Shown here one piece after another: positions 40,762 through 56,647 of a DNA stretch of 64,000 nucleotides (positions within the stretch are counted from its first letter, which is position 1; the number at the start of each line of letters is the position of its first letter). Both the position numbers and the translations under genes were made by a program. The notes below the pieces were generated by a model. The model was not told where the DNA came from, did not search any database, and saw only the letters and a program-made list of their open reading frames with translations. Where the stretch lies: contig OZ024748.1 in the NCBI GenBank assembly GCA_964016885.1, forward strand, positions 19,716,001-19,780,000, in the 5' to 3' direction. Source of the DNA: Eledone cirrhosa. Its lineage: Eukaryota.

Positions 40762-41308
40762 TGAGGGTGTGTCTACTTAAATCAGTGGGTGTTGTGGGTG
40801 TTGTGGGTGTGACTACTGAAACCAGTGTTTGGTGGGAGTGTCTACTGAAGCTTGTGTATGTAGTGGGTGTGTTGGCAAATGCCGGTGTATATATGGTGGG
40901 TGTGTCTATGAATGCTTGTATGGTGGTTGACTTAATTCCTGTGGGTATATGGTGGTTACGTCTACGGATGCTTGAATATCTTGGGTGTGATTATTCAGGT
41001 TTGTGTGTAGGTGTGTCTACTGATGGCTGTGTAGTGGATGTGTCTGCTAAGGTCTAAGTATGTGTGTGTATAGGGGTGACGCTGAAACAGCTCCACCCCA
41101 CCCACACCTCATTCGACTTCCCTAAGAAAAGTTTATCAATTAATCTAACCACAGAGATTGCTTTCCTCAATAAATCTTTTTGCTTTTTATTTATTAATAT
41201 ACTTATATATTTGTTTTATTTCTCACTAAGTAATTAGCAATTTAATTAATTTAATTATTTTTATGATCTTAAATATTTATTTTGTTTATTTTTAAAGTTT
41301 TATTTTAT

Positions 41309-41487
41309 TGGCAGTATCGGTAGAGGGTCGGACGCCATGCTTTCCAGCATAGTTACGTCCCTTTACGATCTGAGTTCAAATCCCGCCGAGGTTGACTTTG
41401 CCTTTCATCCTTACGAGGTCGATAAAATAAAGTACCAGTAATGCACTGGGTAATTGCTGGCCTTGTGCCTAAAGTAGAAACAATTAT
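41309..41487 (+). mobile_element. Dominant-family SINE, young copy
   Basis: Near-identical to the reverse complement of 34082-34249. Confidence 0.85.
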
Positions 41488-42484
41488 TTTATTGTTTTCC
41501 TGTAGAAGGTTCTAAAGATCCCAATTGGAATTTTTGGTCACCAAAGTCGACTTTGTCTTTCATGCTTCCGGGGAGTGGCCCTGGTGGTAGTTGAAATAAT
41601 AATTACCAGTTATACACTGGGGTTGATTCAGTAACGTCCAAATAGGCCCCACCGTTCTAAATTTCACCGTCCTTTTACTAATGTATCATAAATGGTCAAC
41701 ATGATATACAACATAACATATGCAAATTTTGGTGGGTTGGAGAAATATGCAACCGGTTTATGATGGAAGGATAATGAGATGTTGTAACATTCATTCATTT
41801 CTCAAATATAGAAATAACGTTAACAATCATGTATTATCCGAGTAATTATAGTAGAGCAGTGTTTCTCCAAAGTGAGTTCCTTAGGAATCTACTGTTCTAT
41901 GAGATAAGATGTCTATTGATAAAATTGAATACACAAAAAAAGAAAAAAAGAAATTATTATTTGTTTGAAATTTAAAAGTGTGACAGTCCCAAACACAAAG
42001 AAATAACTAAAAGCAGGCAATTTCTGTAGATAATAGTTGAGAAAATTGGGTAAATTACCCTTAGTGGCGGATAAAGTGGACAAAGACGATTCTGTAATTA
42101 AGTAATAAAAGGTGGGCTTGTTTTAGGGGTAAAAGCTGTAGGAACCCTGTGAAACTAATGACTGTTTCGTCAGGTCATAATAGTTTCTGTTTTATAAGTA
42201 TTACAGTAATGAAAGATAAATCATAATTAGAATCAAACATTTAAATTGACACTTTACTTTCTGAGTTACTTACACAAATATTATCCACACAAACATTATA
42301 TTAATGAATTCCTGTTTACTGACAACCTGGCGAAATGTTTGTATCTACCAAGGTAGATAGACAGTTAGTTAAACTGACCCAATTATATTCCTATTATGTA
42401 CGATGTAAAGGATAGTGGTTTTTGATGTTGTTCAGTCTCAGATCATCTCAGGTCATCTCTGGTGTATAAAAAATAACCTATGAT

Positions 42485-42683
42485 CAGGGCCATATTTAGA
42501 CCTTTACGAGTCCAGGGTAGTTTAAGTTTGGGGGGTATAGGGCAGTTGAGATTTGGGAGGCCCAGTGCAATTCAGGTTTGGGGACGCGAGGTTTGAAAGG
42601 GGCAGGGCTGTTTTTAGAGGGAGCCTTGTTCGATACGGCGTACCCAGGGCATTTGACTCCCCCTTCCGTTAAATCCGGCTCTG
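42485..42683. mobile_element. hAT-type MITE with 8-bp TSD
   Basis: TSD CCTATGAT at 42477-42484 and 42684-42691; TIRs CAGGGCCATATTTA / TAAATCCGGCTCTG. Confidence 0.88.
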
Positions 42684-44269
42684 CCTATGATAAATTAAAC
42701 GAAAAGAAATTCCAGCAATGACAATCCTGCCTTCTGTGACACTGTGTTTACAACTACATGCTATAACAAGGCCTATATTTTTCAAGACAGCAGGGTGCGG
42801 GAGGGAGATATGAGGGAGATTTGACTGCTTGCTATTTCTATTTCTGTTATAGAGAGCTTATTTATTTTAGAAGAGCTAACAAAAAAAAAAAATAGATGCA
42901 GGCAGAATTTGAACTGGGAACCTCTTTATACAGAAATAAATCCTGTAAAATATTTAATGCTATGTTGTTAAGTCTCTTTCATCTACCACCATCTTTGATT
43001 TAAACCAAAGAAAAATAGAAGGAAAGAAAATCAAAATATTTCAAATTAACTATTTTTAAATGAGTAAAATTATAAAATTTCTTTCAATTTTAAAATACTA
43101 AGTCTATAATTATTTTTCATCAAATTATTTTAAAGTTAAAACTATGAAATTATTTCAAATTAAGGCCTTTTAATCAGTAAAACTATAATTATTTCAAATT
43201 ATAATTACTTCCCACTGGATCTCCCAGAGAACTATATTAAGGATACATGTGTTTGTGGAATACTCAACCAGTTATAAGTTAATTTTATGATCAAATTGTT
43301 CCATATTTGAAATGTAAAATTATAAGATTATTTCAAATTCAGTATTTTTAACTGCAAAACTATAACATTAAGTACATGACTATAGAGCATCGTTGGAGTA
43401 TCGGAAAAAAAGCTTCACGCCTTTTCATTATAACTCTTTACGTTCTGAGTTCAAATCCCTCCACGGTCAACTTTAGTTTTCATCCTTCTGGGCTCAATTA
43501 AATAAAGCACCAATCAAGTACTGGGGTAGATTTTTATAGACTTTTCTATAGTGCCAGTCTTGAAATTAAAGTAAATAACATTATATACGGGATAATATAG
43601 TTTGGGTTTCGTGACCGCAATCAAGGACTGCATGTGTCGGATTTAACTGTTTGTCTTTCTCGCGTTATTGAAGAATAAAGGAATAAAGAGAGAGAGAGAC
43701 AGAGGGAGAGAGAGAGGAATGTACTGAAACATTGCACCTATTTCCTTTGTCTCGTCATGCTCATTTTCTTTTTTTTTTACTGTTTTTTTTTTACTCATTT
43801 TCATTTTTTTTTACTGTTTTTAACAGAAACAAACATCATTGTAAAGTTAGATTATTTTTAATCGTCAAACTATAAATTGTAAACATTATTTCAAATTGAA
43901 GAACTTTAAGTAGTAAAAGTATAATTATTACGTTTATTTGTAAATACGTTTATTTGTAAAACAATAAAATGATTTCAACTTAAGTATTTTTAACTGAAAA
44001 GCTACTAATTTTTCTTTTTCAAATAATAACTACAACTTGTTTTAAGTTAATTATTTTAAACATGTACATTATAAAAATAAGCAACCAAGCAAATTGCGAA
44101 CTCAGTGACACCGGAGGTATTTTAATATTGTTGTCAATGTGTAATGTTACGGAATTGGAAGCAAAAACGACATGAGTTTTGCATAAAAAACAGGATTACT
44201 TGATACTCAACCACACAAAACACACACACACACACACGGACACACACACATATATATATATATATATAC

Positions 44270-44300
<31 letters not shown>

Positions 44301-44354
44301 CATATATACACACACACACATATATATATATGTATATGGACACACACATAGACA

Positions 44355-44433
<79 letters not shown>

Positions 44434-44539
44434 ATATATATATTTATATGTATGTATGTTTTAACCTATGTAAATGTATGACTTTACTACTGCCATAAAT
44501 CCATCAAACATTCTCCCCAACACACTCTCTCTCTCTTTA

Positions 44540-44575
<36 letters not shown>

Positions 44576-44746
44576 TTCGTTTCTGAATTTGTTTAGCAAG
44601 ATTCTTTATCTGAAAACGTGTGTTGAAACCGATATTGCTATGCTTTGGGAGGGTCATGTTGCCAATAAGAAACACACCCACCAGTTGCCTCACTCCAATT
44701 TATTATAAATTAAATTTATAAATTTATAAATTTCCGGTTGGTTGGT

Positions 44747-44804
<58 letters not shown>

Positions 44805-44877
44805 TCATTCTCTGCTCTTACAGAGCAGAGAGTGCTCAACCGACATACCGCCTATGGAAGCATCTTAGCTACCATCA

Positions 44878-44928
<51 letters not shown>

Positions 44929-44929
<1 letters not shown>

Positions 44930-45044
44930 ATATAGAAAGGCTTCTACAGGACTAGAACTGTTTCATTCGGGAGAAATCATCAGGGCTTCCCAATGATTTC
45001 TCCCGAATGAAACAGTTCTAGTCCTGTAGAAGCCTTTCTATATT
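44929..45044. repeat. Palindrome (52-bp arms, 12-nt spacer) folding at a hammerhead-like core
   Basis: 44929-44980 versus 44993-45044; minus strand reads CTGATGA tttc tccc gaat GAAAC agttcta GTC. Confidence 0.9.
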
Positions 45045-45141
45045 TAAATATTTACACTCTGCTTCGTATTGAGTACCTTACTTACTGTGGTTACCCCCGA
45101 TTGAACCCGGGTTAAACTTATCTGTCTCTCTCTCTTTCCCC

Positions 45142-45253
<112 letters not shown>

Positions 45254-45325
45254 GGACGTGTGGTAAGGAACCAGATGGACCATAAAGCACCAGAGTACTC
45301 AATACTAAGGGTAGGAGAGTGGGTA

Positions 45326-45441
45326 ATAGGAAAATGTTTAACTCCTACGGCAGAGCTCAAGCCGTTTCGACGGCTATTTCAGTCTAGAAATAGCCGTCAA
45401 AACGGCTTCAGCTCTGCCGTCGGGGTTAAACATTTTCCTAT
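45326..45441. repeat. Palindrome (55-bp arms, 6-nt spacer) in a TA-flanked element 45250-45441
   Basis: CGGCTATTTC agtcta GAAATAGCCG centre; family members at 24277-24415, 54213-54330 and 54394-54556. Confidence 0.88.
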
Positions 45442-46259
45442 ATATATATATATAGTAATAATAATGAATTTGAAGACTAAAAACCAAAGAGGGCTCGATA
45501 AGCATAACTATATATCAAATATATAAGTACCCTAGAGCAAATATTTATTAAAATAGCAGATTATATATATAAGGTGTAGGCCAGGTTCTCTCAGCTAGTG
45601 GTACTATGCAATTCAATACAACCGGTCTCATGGGTGGTCTGCAACTAAAGCGATTCTCCTTCCATTCTACTGGGTAAACAGTTTGTGCGGGCACCCAACA
45701 TGTGACCAAAGTTATTAGAGTCTATCCCAGAGGAATCGACAACCAATTACGCCCCAGGCAGGAGACAGGAGACAGGAACTGAATTTGTTTGCGATTATTG
45801 AAATACATATGAACAGGACCGGGCGGCAAAATCAAAGAAATAATAAATTAAAGAAATATATATATAATAACTGTTTCTACTTTTGGCACAAGGACAGCAA
45901 TTATTCTAGTGTATTACTTGTACTTTAATAATACAAATAATAATTTCGAATTTTGGGATACATGACCAATAATTAAGAAGTTGGTTGGATATCAATTATA
46001 ATGATACCGGTACTTAACCGGTCCTTTATTTTATGGGCCCTGGGAAGATGGAAATCAAAAATGATCATGGCGGGATTTTAACTCAGAATGTAAAGAGACA
46101 TAACTACATACTTTAAGGGATTTTGTCCGACGCTCTACCAATTCTGCTGATTCTAATTCAAAGACACGAGGCCAGCAAATTTAAATGAGGGGGAAAGTCG
46201 ATTTAATTGTGTAAACATCATACAAATTATCCCCACCATTTCAACTATTTTCAACTATC

Positions 46260-46358
<99 letters not shown>

Positions 46359-46484
46359 ATTATTAAAGGACTTGAACATCTGAAACTACTTCGCTTTTCC
46401 TTATTCGATATTTACTCCGTCACTCCTATGTGGAAAAAGTACGTTGAGTGCTTGAATTGAATTGCATCAATATTTACCCTAATA

Positions 46485-46573
<89 letters not shown>

Positions 46574-47507
46574 ATAATATAATAATTAATGTGAAGACTA
46601 TAATCCAAAGAGGACTCGATAAGGATAAATATATTCCCGTTAAGGGTGAAAAAGCGATTCTTTGCTGAAACTTTAATCTGTTATTTTAATATATATATGT
46701 ATATATATATATAGAAGTGGTTACACAACAGTTAGTTCACCATACCGAGAATAATTGTTTCACCTTAGTGGATCCTCAGCTTGTAAACTATATATGACGC
46801 TATGAAACTTCCTCAGTCAAAAGACTGCTGGAATTTCAAATTTGGCGGTCATTCGATGCGTGAAGGAGCAGCTTAGCAGACACGATTTTTAACTGCGGTA
46901 AGAATTTTTTCTTATATCAAAGTTTAATGGGCTTCCACTGAAGATTTATAAGTGCCTACTTAAATATATTCTTACATGAATATATGTTAGGCGTCTACAT
47001 AAACTGGAAACATTCTCCCAATTTGTAGAAAACTTATAATGAAACAATTGTTTGGAAAGAGAGATATATTTTAACTTTAATTATATCTCATAAAATAATA
47101 CAACTGGCTTTCAACAAAATACATATAGTTAGCACCCCAAACACTTAAATTGGGTTTATACTAACATATAACCTAGTGTTTGTTGAGTGAGATGGTTACC
47201 AGTCGGAGTTTAGCTTTAAGCTATCTCTGTTATTGTATTAAATATATATATATATATATACGATATTAAACAAATGGAAACTATATTTATAAAACCATAT
47301 TTATTTCGTTATATATATTTCTGGGATATCTTATTAAAAATATGTTATGCCTTCCTCAGACAAAATACAATACATAAGCTGTTTTATAAATAATTAGTGA
47401 CATACCTTTTGAGAATGCAACTTCCTTTTAAAAAAGTTGATTTGCTTTTATATCAGTTATAAAATATTTACTCGTTGTAACCCAACAATCTTAAATAAAA
47501 CTTTTGC

Positions 47508-47573
<66 letters not shown>

Positions 47574-47585
47574 TGTTGTTATAAT

Positions 47586-47985
47586 AATGATTTCTAGTAC
47601 AGGCACAAGGCCAGCAATTTTAGAGGAGGGGAAAATCGATTAAATCGAACCCAGTCTGTTACTGGTACTTTATTTTATCGACCCCGTAAGGATGAAAGGC
47701 AAAGTTAACCTCGGCGTGATTTGAACTCAAAACGTAAAGGACCGTAACTCTATGCCCCAAAGCATGACGTCCGACTCTATACCGATACTGCCAATCCACT
47801 GCCCCTATACCCTTGCTATAATAATTGTTTCTACTTTTTGGCACAAGGCCAGCAATTATTCCAGTGTATTACTGGTACTTTATTCTATCGACCCCGTAAG
47901 GATGAAAGGCAAAGTTAACCTCGGCGGGATTTGAACTCAGAATGGCAAGGGACGTAACTCTATGAGTCAAAGCATGGCGTCCGGC
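47586..47985 (-). mobile_element. Two tandem dominant-family SINEs
   Basis: Family motifs twice on the reverse strand. Confidence 0.85.
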
Positions 47986-48149
47986 TATAATAATAGTCAT
48001 TCGTACACAGAAATATTTGACAAGTTGTCCTTCCCTGATGACGCCATGAAACATTTCATAGTGAAGACTTCGTATTAAGAAACAGTTGTTCTATCGAATG
48101 GAATATACCTTAAACTCTCTCTCTCTCTCCCCTATCTCTCTCTCTTTCA

Positions 48150-48206
<57 letters not shown>

Positions 48207-48253
48207 CACACACACACACACACACACGCATACACACATATACACATACACAC

Positions 48254-48299
<46 letters not shown>

Positions 48300-48391
48300 T
48301 TAAAACAAAAACAAAATAAAACGAAGAGTGCAGTACAAAGTGCTAGTATTGGGTTCACGCTTGAGAGTGGGGGGGCGTATATGTATATATA

Positions 48392-48501
<110 letters not shown>

Positions 48502-48530
48502 GAGAGATAGGGCTCAAAATTGTGTGCGTG

Positions 48531-48566
<36 letters not shown>

Positions 48567-48590
48567 CGTGTGTGTGTGTCTATGTGTATG

Positions 48591-48626
<36 letters not shown>

Positions 48627-48650
48627 CGTGTGTGTGTGTCTATGTGTATG

Positions 48651-48688
<38 letters not shown>

Positions 48689-49027
48689 GCTGTGTATGTA
48701 TCTGTGTGTATGTGCGTGTGTATGTATGTATATATAGACTGGTTATCTGCGTCAACCTAAACATGCCATGTAGATATATATACATATGCCTTTGAGTGTC
48801 ATCATCATTTATTATATAATAAACTTTATTCCCGATGAAACTAGTGTGTCGAAACCCTTTTAAGTCTGCACTAGACGACCTCATAAAAGTTGCACTTAAT
48901 GACATCGCTATGTTATGCACTTGTTGACACTTGAAACCATCTTGAGTGACATAAATAGTTATTCCGAGACCCTCGCCCCATGAAAACTGCGCTAAACACT
49001 TGACAGTTTATCTCTACACGCACGTGC

Positions 49028-49092
<65 letters not shown>

Positions 49093-49097
49093 CATAA

Positions 49098-49128
<31 letters not shown>

Positions 49129-49259
49129 CACATATATATATATATATATACATATATGTATACATACATATATATATATATATATATTTAGGTATATTTA
49201 TAGGTATCTATGTATGCATAAGCATATAAGTATATACAACCGAAGATAGGTATATATAC

Positions 49260-49328
<69 letters not shown>

Positions 49329-49355
49329 AATATATATATATAAATAAATATATCA

Positions 49356-49445
<90 letters not shown>

Positions 49446-49446
49446 T

Positions 49447-49479
<33 letters not shown>

Positions 49480-49550
49480 TTGTATATGTATATATATATG
49501 TATATATATAAGTATATATATATCTGTGTGTGTGTGTGTGTGTGTGTGCT

Positions 49551-49614
<64 letters not shown>

Positions 49615-49879
49615 CATTATCCATCTTATACATTATCATTAGCTGTCTTCCTTGCTTCTGATTTTGGTCATTTCTCACACTCTTTAACCCTTAAATACAC
49701 ACACACACACTCATACACACACACTCACTCACACACACACACACACATATACACATACACATATACACATCTATACATACACACACACACACATATATAT
49801 ATACATGTGTATGTACGTAGGTTTGTGTGTTTATTTGTATTGCAATAATTTGTATGTGTATGTCATGTGTTCGTGAATA

Positions 49880-50795
49880 AATGTGTATCTGCATGTATGT
49901 ATATATCTATGTATGTGTATGCGTATGTCTATGTATGTGTATGTCTATGTATGTGTATCTGTAAGGTATGTATATGTATGTGTATGTGCATGTATGTGTA
50001 TGTCTATGTATGTGTATCTGTAATGTATGTATATGTATGTGTATGTGCATGTATATATATATCTATGTATGTGTATGTGTATGTCTATGTATGTGTATCT
50101 GCATGTATGTATATGTATGTGTATGTATGTGTATGTGCATGTATATATATATCTATGTATGTGTATCTGCATGTATGTGTATGTATATGGCTATGTATGT
50201 GTATGTGTATGTATATGTATGTGTATCTGCATGTATGTATATGTATGTGCATGTATGTATGTGTATGTGTATGTGCATGTATGTATATGTCTATGTATGT
50301 GTATCTGCATGTATGTATATATCTATGTATGTGTATGTGTATGTCTATGTATGTGTATCTGCATGTATGTATATGTATGTGTATCTGCATGTATGTATAT
50401 GTATGTGTATGTGCATGTATGTATATGTCTATGTATGTGTATCTGCATGTATGTATATGTATGTGTTTCTGTAATGTATGTATATGTATGTGTATGTGTA
50501 TGTATGTATATGTCTATGTATGTGTATTTGCATGTATGTATATATCTATGTATGTGTATGTCTATGTATGTGTATCTGTAAGGTATGTATATGTATGTGT
50601 ATGTGCATGTATGTATATGTCTATGTATGTGTATCTGCATGTATGTATATGTCTATGTATGTGTATGTCTATGTATATGTCTATGTATGTGTATCTGCAT
50701 ATATGTATATGTGTATGTGTATGTGCATGTGTATGTATATGCATATGTCTATACATGTGTATGTGTATGTATGTGTGTGTCATGTGTATGTGTGT
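49880..50795. repeat. Complex cryptic microsatellite (TATG/TGTA/TATCTGCA variants)
   Basis: Direct reading; produces the long spurious CVYM-rich ORFs. Confidence 0.9.
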
Positions 50796-51584
50796 GTAAC
50801 CATAGAGACATGTCAATATTAACCAGACAACACGGTTTATTTCCATAATTAATTACCATTTTCATTTGGCTTATTTTAAATGCATCAAAGTTTAATATTT
50901 TTCGCTAAATTACTCAAATTCCGAGACTAACCACTTGATATGGGCATCTCAGAGTCTTTGTGGCGTCAGATTAAATTCCCCAGGGTTTTATTTCGTCTGT
51001 CTGTGCTCTGATTTCAGAATACCCGAGGCCATCTATGCCTTTCATCCTTTCTATGTTGATAAATAAAGGTATCGGCAGAGAAAAGATGGTGGTTTATTCC
51101 GGATTTCTCCTCTATGAGTTCAAATCCTCCACTGGCAAATTTGCTTTCATTTCTTTTTTGTATTTTCAGGGCCGATAAATAGAGTAACAACCCAGTGGTT
51201 GTCCATTAACGGAATCCCTAAATAAAGAGTCGCACAGAATGTTTTATGGCACCTGATGTGGGTTGAGTTTAAATAACTTCAAACCTCGTCTTCTGTTAAA
51301 AAGCGATGATGCTCCTACTATAGAAAGACAAATTAAAACATAGTTTCTTTGTTCCAATCAGATAACCGGCAGGCAGTATCTGCAATAGAAAGGTCAATAG
51401 AATCATAGATTTAGTGTTCCACTCTAACAACTAACAGATAGTGTCTGCAATAGAAAGACCAAAGTAATCTTAGATTACTTGTTCCAATCTGACGTCTAAC
51501 AGACTGTGTCTGTAATAAAAAGACCAATGGAATAATAGATTTCTTGTTCCAATCTAACGACCGATAGATAGTATCTGACCAGCA

Positions 51585-52298
51585 GATAGTATATGTAATA
51601 GAAAGATCAATGAAATCACACTTTCTTTTGTCTGATCTTACAATCAGTAGATAGTATCTGTAATAGAAAGACCAATGAAATCACACTTTCTTTTGTCTGA
51701 TCTTACAATCAGTAGATAGTATCTGTAATAGAAAGACCAATGAAATCACACTTGCTTTTGTCTGATCTTACAATCAGTAGATAGTATCTGTAATAGAAAG
51801 ATCAATGAAATCACACTTTCTTTTGTCTTATCTTACAATCAGTAGATAGTATCTGTAATAGAAAGATCAATGAAATCACACTTTCTTTTGTCTGATCTTA
51901 CAATCAGTAGATAGTAACTGTAATAGAAAGACCAATGAAATCACACTTTCTTTTGTCTGATCTTACAATCAGTAGATAGTATCTGTAATAGAAAGACCAA
52001 TGAAATCACACTTGCTTTTGTCTGATCTTACAATCAGTAGATAGTATCTGTAATAGAAAGATCAATGAAATCACACTTTCTTTTGTCTGATCTTACAATC
52101 AGTAGATAGTAACTGTAATAGAAAGACCAATGAAATCACACTTTCTTTTGTCTGATCTTACAATCAGTAGATAGTATCTGTAATAGAAAGACCAATGAAA
52201 TCACACTTGCTTTTGTCTGATCTTACAATCAGTAGATAGTATCTGTAATAGAAAGACCAATGGAATCATAGTTTATTTGGTCTGATCTGACAATCAGC
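51585..52298. repeat. 65-bp tandem array, about 10 homogeneous copies plus degenerate copies from about 51330
   Basis: AATGAAATCACACTT starts at 51609 and 51674; the final unit starts at 52259. Confidence 0.93.
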
Positions 52299-52773
52299 TC
52301 TTTGTTTTTACCCATTTACCATTCCATAAACCTCCCTAATGGTGTGTTAAATTATTTCTGGTCAATTATTCCTATAGAATACTTAGACCAATTCTATCTT
52401 GTCTTTTGCGTGTTTTTCTCTTTGATTTTATATCAATGACTATGTCTGTTGTAATCTTAAGATAGTTTATTTCATTTTTACCGTGATATACAAATAGATT
52501 GAGGGAGGGGGGAGGAGTAGAGAGAGGTGGAGAAAGACAGAGAGGTGGAGAGAGAGAGAGAGAAAAAGAGCGAGGTGGAGAAAGAGAGAGAGATGGAGAA
52601 AGAGAGAGAGGCGGAGAAAGACAGAGAGGTGGATAAAGAGAGAGAGAGAAAAAGAGAGAGAGAGAGAGAAAGAGAGAGAAGAGAGAAAGAGAAAGAGAGA
52701 GAGAGAGAGAGGGAGAGAGAGGGGGAGGAAGTGAAGGGAATATTCGTTGAGCTATATAATGGATATACAACAT

Positions 52774-52962
52774 AACTGTTTCTACTTTTGGCACAAGGCC
52801 AGCAATCATCCCAGTGCATTACTGGTACTTTATTTTATCGACCCCGTAAGGATGAAAGGCAAAGTTAACCTCGGCGGAATTTGAACTCAAACTGTAAAGG
52901 GCCGTAACTCTGTGCTGCAAAGCATGGCGTCCCATGCCTCTACGGATATTGCCAATCCAGCG
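52774..52962 (-). mobile_element. Dominant-family SINE
   Basis: Family motifs on the reverse strand. Confidence 0.85.
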
Positions 52963-52968
52963 CCCTTA

Positions 52969-53001
<33 letters not shown>

Positions 53002-53050
53002 TGTATATCTATATATATATATATATATATTATATATATTTTTTTTTTTT

Positions 53051-53270
53051 AAGGAACGATCGACTTTCGTCAAATCGGACCGAGGGAACAATGTTTCCGT
53101 TGGTCTTTCCAATTGCTAATACTATCTATCGGTCGCAACTCCAGGTAGAAGGAGCAACGTGAAAATAAAGTGTCTTGCTCAAGGACATAACGCATCGCCT
53201 GGTCCAGGAATCGAACTCACAACCCTACGATTGCGAATCCAATTCTCTAACCACTCAGCCACACGCCTTC

Positions 53271-53271
<1 letters not shown>
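53051..53271 (-). mobile_element. tRNA-derived CORE-like SINE inserted in (TA)n
   Basis: Reverse strand GGCGTGTGGCTGAGTGGTTAG (A box), GAGTTCGATTCC (B box), GTCCTTGAGCAAGACACTT. Confidence 0.85.
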
Positions 53272-53301
<30 letters not shown>

Positions 53302-53996
53302 TACATATATATATATTTATATGTATGTATGTATATAATAGATATACAACATATTCTTCAATCCAGAATTATTTATTATACGTACATATATGTAAAGAGT
53401 TAAACTATACTGACCTTATGTTATATGTGGTATAGCTAGTGGACTGTTTATAACCATGAATACTTGGGATAATTAGGATTAAGATATTATTTTATTAATT
53501 ATATTTGTCTTAGTATCAATTAAATACGATTCTCTACCTAGATTTAAATCTATAAATCTAAAGTTAAGCTATTTAATTCGATAGATAAAACTTTAAATAT
53601 ACTTTCTAATTCACACAGATTAATATTTGCAAAGAAACCTAAAATTACGGTCCGTTATTTTAGTACAGAGAGAAGCCTTAAAAACTTAAATATAATTTAT
53701 AAGTATTTTGCCATTGAGGAGAAAATATTTTAAACTTTAAAACGCACAATCACTCAAAAACCCTCCACACACAGACACATGTTCAGGGATTATATATATA
53801 TATATATTATATATATTATATATATATATAAATATATATATATATTGTTATACTTTGGGAGGGTCATGTTGCCAATAAGAAACACACGCACCAGTTGCTT
53901 TCACTTCAATTTAATTTATTATATATTTATAAATTTACAAATTTATAAATTTCTGGTTGGTTGGTTCCACAACCAGATAGTTGTTTATATATATAT

Positions 53997-54041
53997 AGTC
54001 ATAGTTCTTTCGTCACACACTCTGTGACCTCTTCAGTGACT
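53997..54041 (-). ncRNA. Type I hammerhead ribozyme motif
   Basis: agtca CTGAAGA g gtcac agagtgt gtgac GAA AG aa CT A tgact: perfect 5-bp stem I, 5-bp stem II, CUA triplet. Confidence 0.78.
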
Positions 54042-54329
54042 GGGGATTTCTTTCTTCGTTTCTGTGCCTTTCCTTTCTTCTATCCTACGCCATTTTGTTT
54101 CTTATTGGCAACATGACCCTCCCAAAGTATAACAATATCGGTTTCAACACACGATTTCAGATAAAGAATCTTGCTAAACAAATTCAGAAACGAAATATGT
54201 ATATATATATATATAGGAACCAGTAAGACCCCAGGGGTCTTACTGGTTCCTATTACCCACTCTACTACCCCAAGTATTAAGTACTTTGGTGCGTTATGGT
54301 CCACCTGGTTCCTTACCACATTTCCTTCG

Positions 54330-54396
<67 letters not shown>

Positions 54397-54665
54397 AAAA
54401 GAGTCAGGACCCCGACGGCTGAGCTCCAGCCGTTTCAAAACGGCCGGAGCTCAGCCGTCGTGGTCCTGACATGTTTTCTATTATTCACTCTACTACCCAG
54501 TATCGAGTACTTTGGTGCGCTTGCTCCACCTGGTTACTTACCTCACTTCCTACGTTATATATATATATGTATATATATACATATATATATATAAGGAACC
54601 AAATAAATATATATATTTAAAAAAAAAATAAGACTCCAGTTGCATTTTCGATTTCATCTCTTTTT

Positions 54666-55230
<565 letters not shown>

Positions 55231-56152
55231 TTCAGGTACACTTTTCTAAAAAATAAATCATACAGAAAACGCCAATAGTTTTGCAGTATTCTTTTCACCT
55301 TAGCGAATCCGGTGCTTTACGATTTGAACACATATATGTATATGTCTGTGTTCGTTTTTCTTTTATATTCTATTATAATATACGGCTCGGAAATATCTCT
55401 TTCTTAGAGGTATTTTGTTGTAAGAGACTATTTTGAGTTCCTAACTCAATATATACCTTTGATATCTCTCTCTCTATATATATATATAAATGAAAAGTAT
55501 AGAAATTGTTGTAGCGAGAAGCTAACAGTATTCCATAACATATATACGACTATAGCGTCAAAATGGGAAAATAGTTAACATAAGATATGGGAAAAATAAT
55601 TCAGACTCAGTTCAAAAGGAATCAGGATATAGATTCATCCAACAGAATTTAGAGAAATCCAGGGAAAAATCAATAGAGCCTTAACTCATGATAAAACAAA
55701 GTCTAAAGTACTCAACCTTCAATTTGGGACAACTTCAAATGCTCTGTATAGTCTTGAAAAGACTATTTCACGAAAACTTTCAGTGGATATATATATATAT
55801 ATATATATATACATTTTAAACCGTGCTAATGATCCGAATAAGTTGAAACAATTGTTTACCGGAAATGGTGAACTAACTGTTGTGGAACTACTCCCACCAA
55901 ACTCGTCCCATGGACTGAGTGCTCTACTACTACGGATATAACCCACTAGTGTTCTACTATTATATATATATATATATTTGTTTTGTGAGGTTTTTGATAT
56001 GAAATCGTGTGTCGAAACAAATATTGTTATACGTGGGGAGGGTCATATTGTTGTAATAATACTGCCAGAAATAATAACAGAACACACTCACTGTTTGGTT
56101 GGTTTTCGCTTCTGTATCTTTTATATCTCCACGGTTAATTCATTTGGTCCTC

Positions 56153-56312
56153 AATATCGGTAGAGGGTCGGACGCCATGCTTTAACGCATAGAGTTACGG
56201 CCCTTGCCATTCTGAGTTCAAATGCCGCCGAGGTTAACTTTGCCTTTCATCCTTACGGAGTCGATAAAATAAAGTACCAGTAATTTCTGTGCTTGTGCCA
56301 ATAGTAGAAACA
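56153..56312 (+). mobile_element. Dominant-family SINE
   Basis: Family motifs. Confidence 0.8.
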
Positions 56313-56647
56313 AATATTTATCATTAACTGACCAACGCTCAAAAATACGGAAATAATATAGATATAAACACATATATATAGTCTAACAAAGTTATATACA
56401 TATATATATAGTCTAACAAAGTTATATACACAAGCACAATAACAACAAACACATATAAACACACACTAGTAAACTAAGATAGAATACAATAACCAAAACA
56501 CAGTCACCCAAACGCGAACACACACCAAACACTATACATACACGCAAACGCATGTGCAGAGAACAAGACAAAAATAAATAAATAAATAAATAAACAGATA
56601 AAATAAAAATGGCGTAGACATACAATACCACAGGAGGAACATAATAG

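Noticed and set aside
41858-42048. Possible hAT/Charlie MITE (CAGTGTTTCTC ... GAGAAAATTG)
   Set aside because: TIRs are degenerate and no TSD could be confirmed
49867-50799. 310-aa Cys/Met/Tyr/Val-rich ORF as a metallothionein- or reflectin-like protein
   Set aside because: Purine-pyrimidine alternating microsatellite that is open in several frames and has no protein motif
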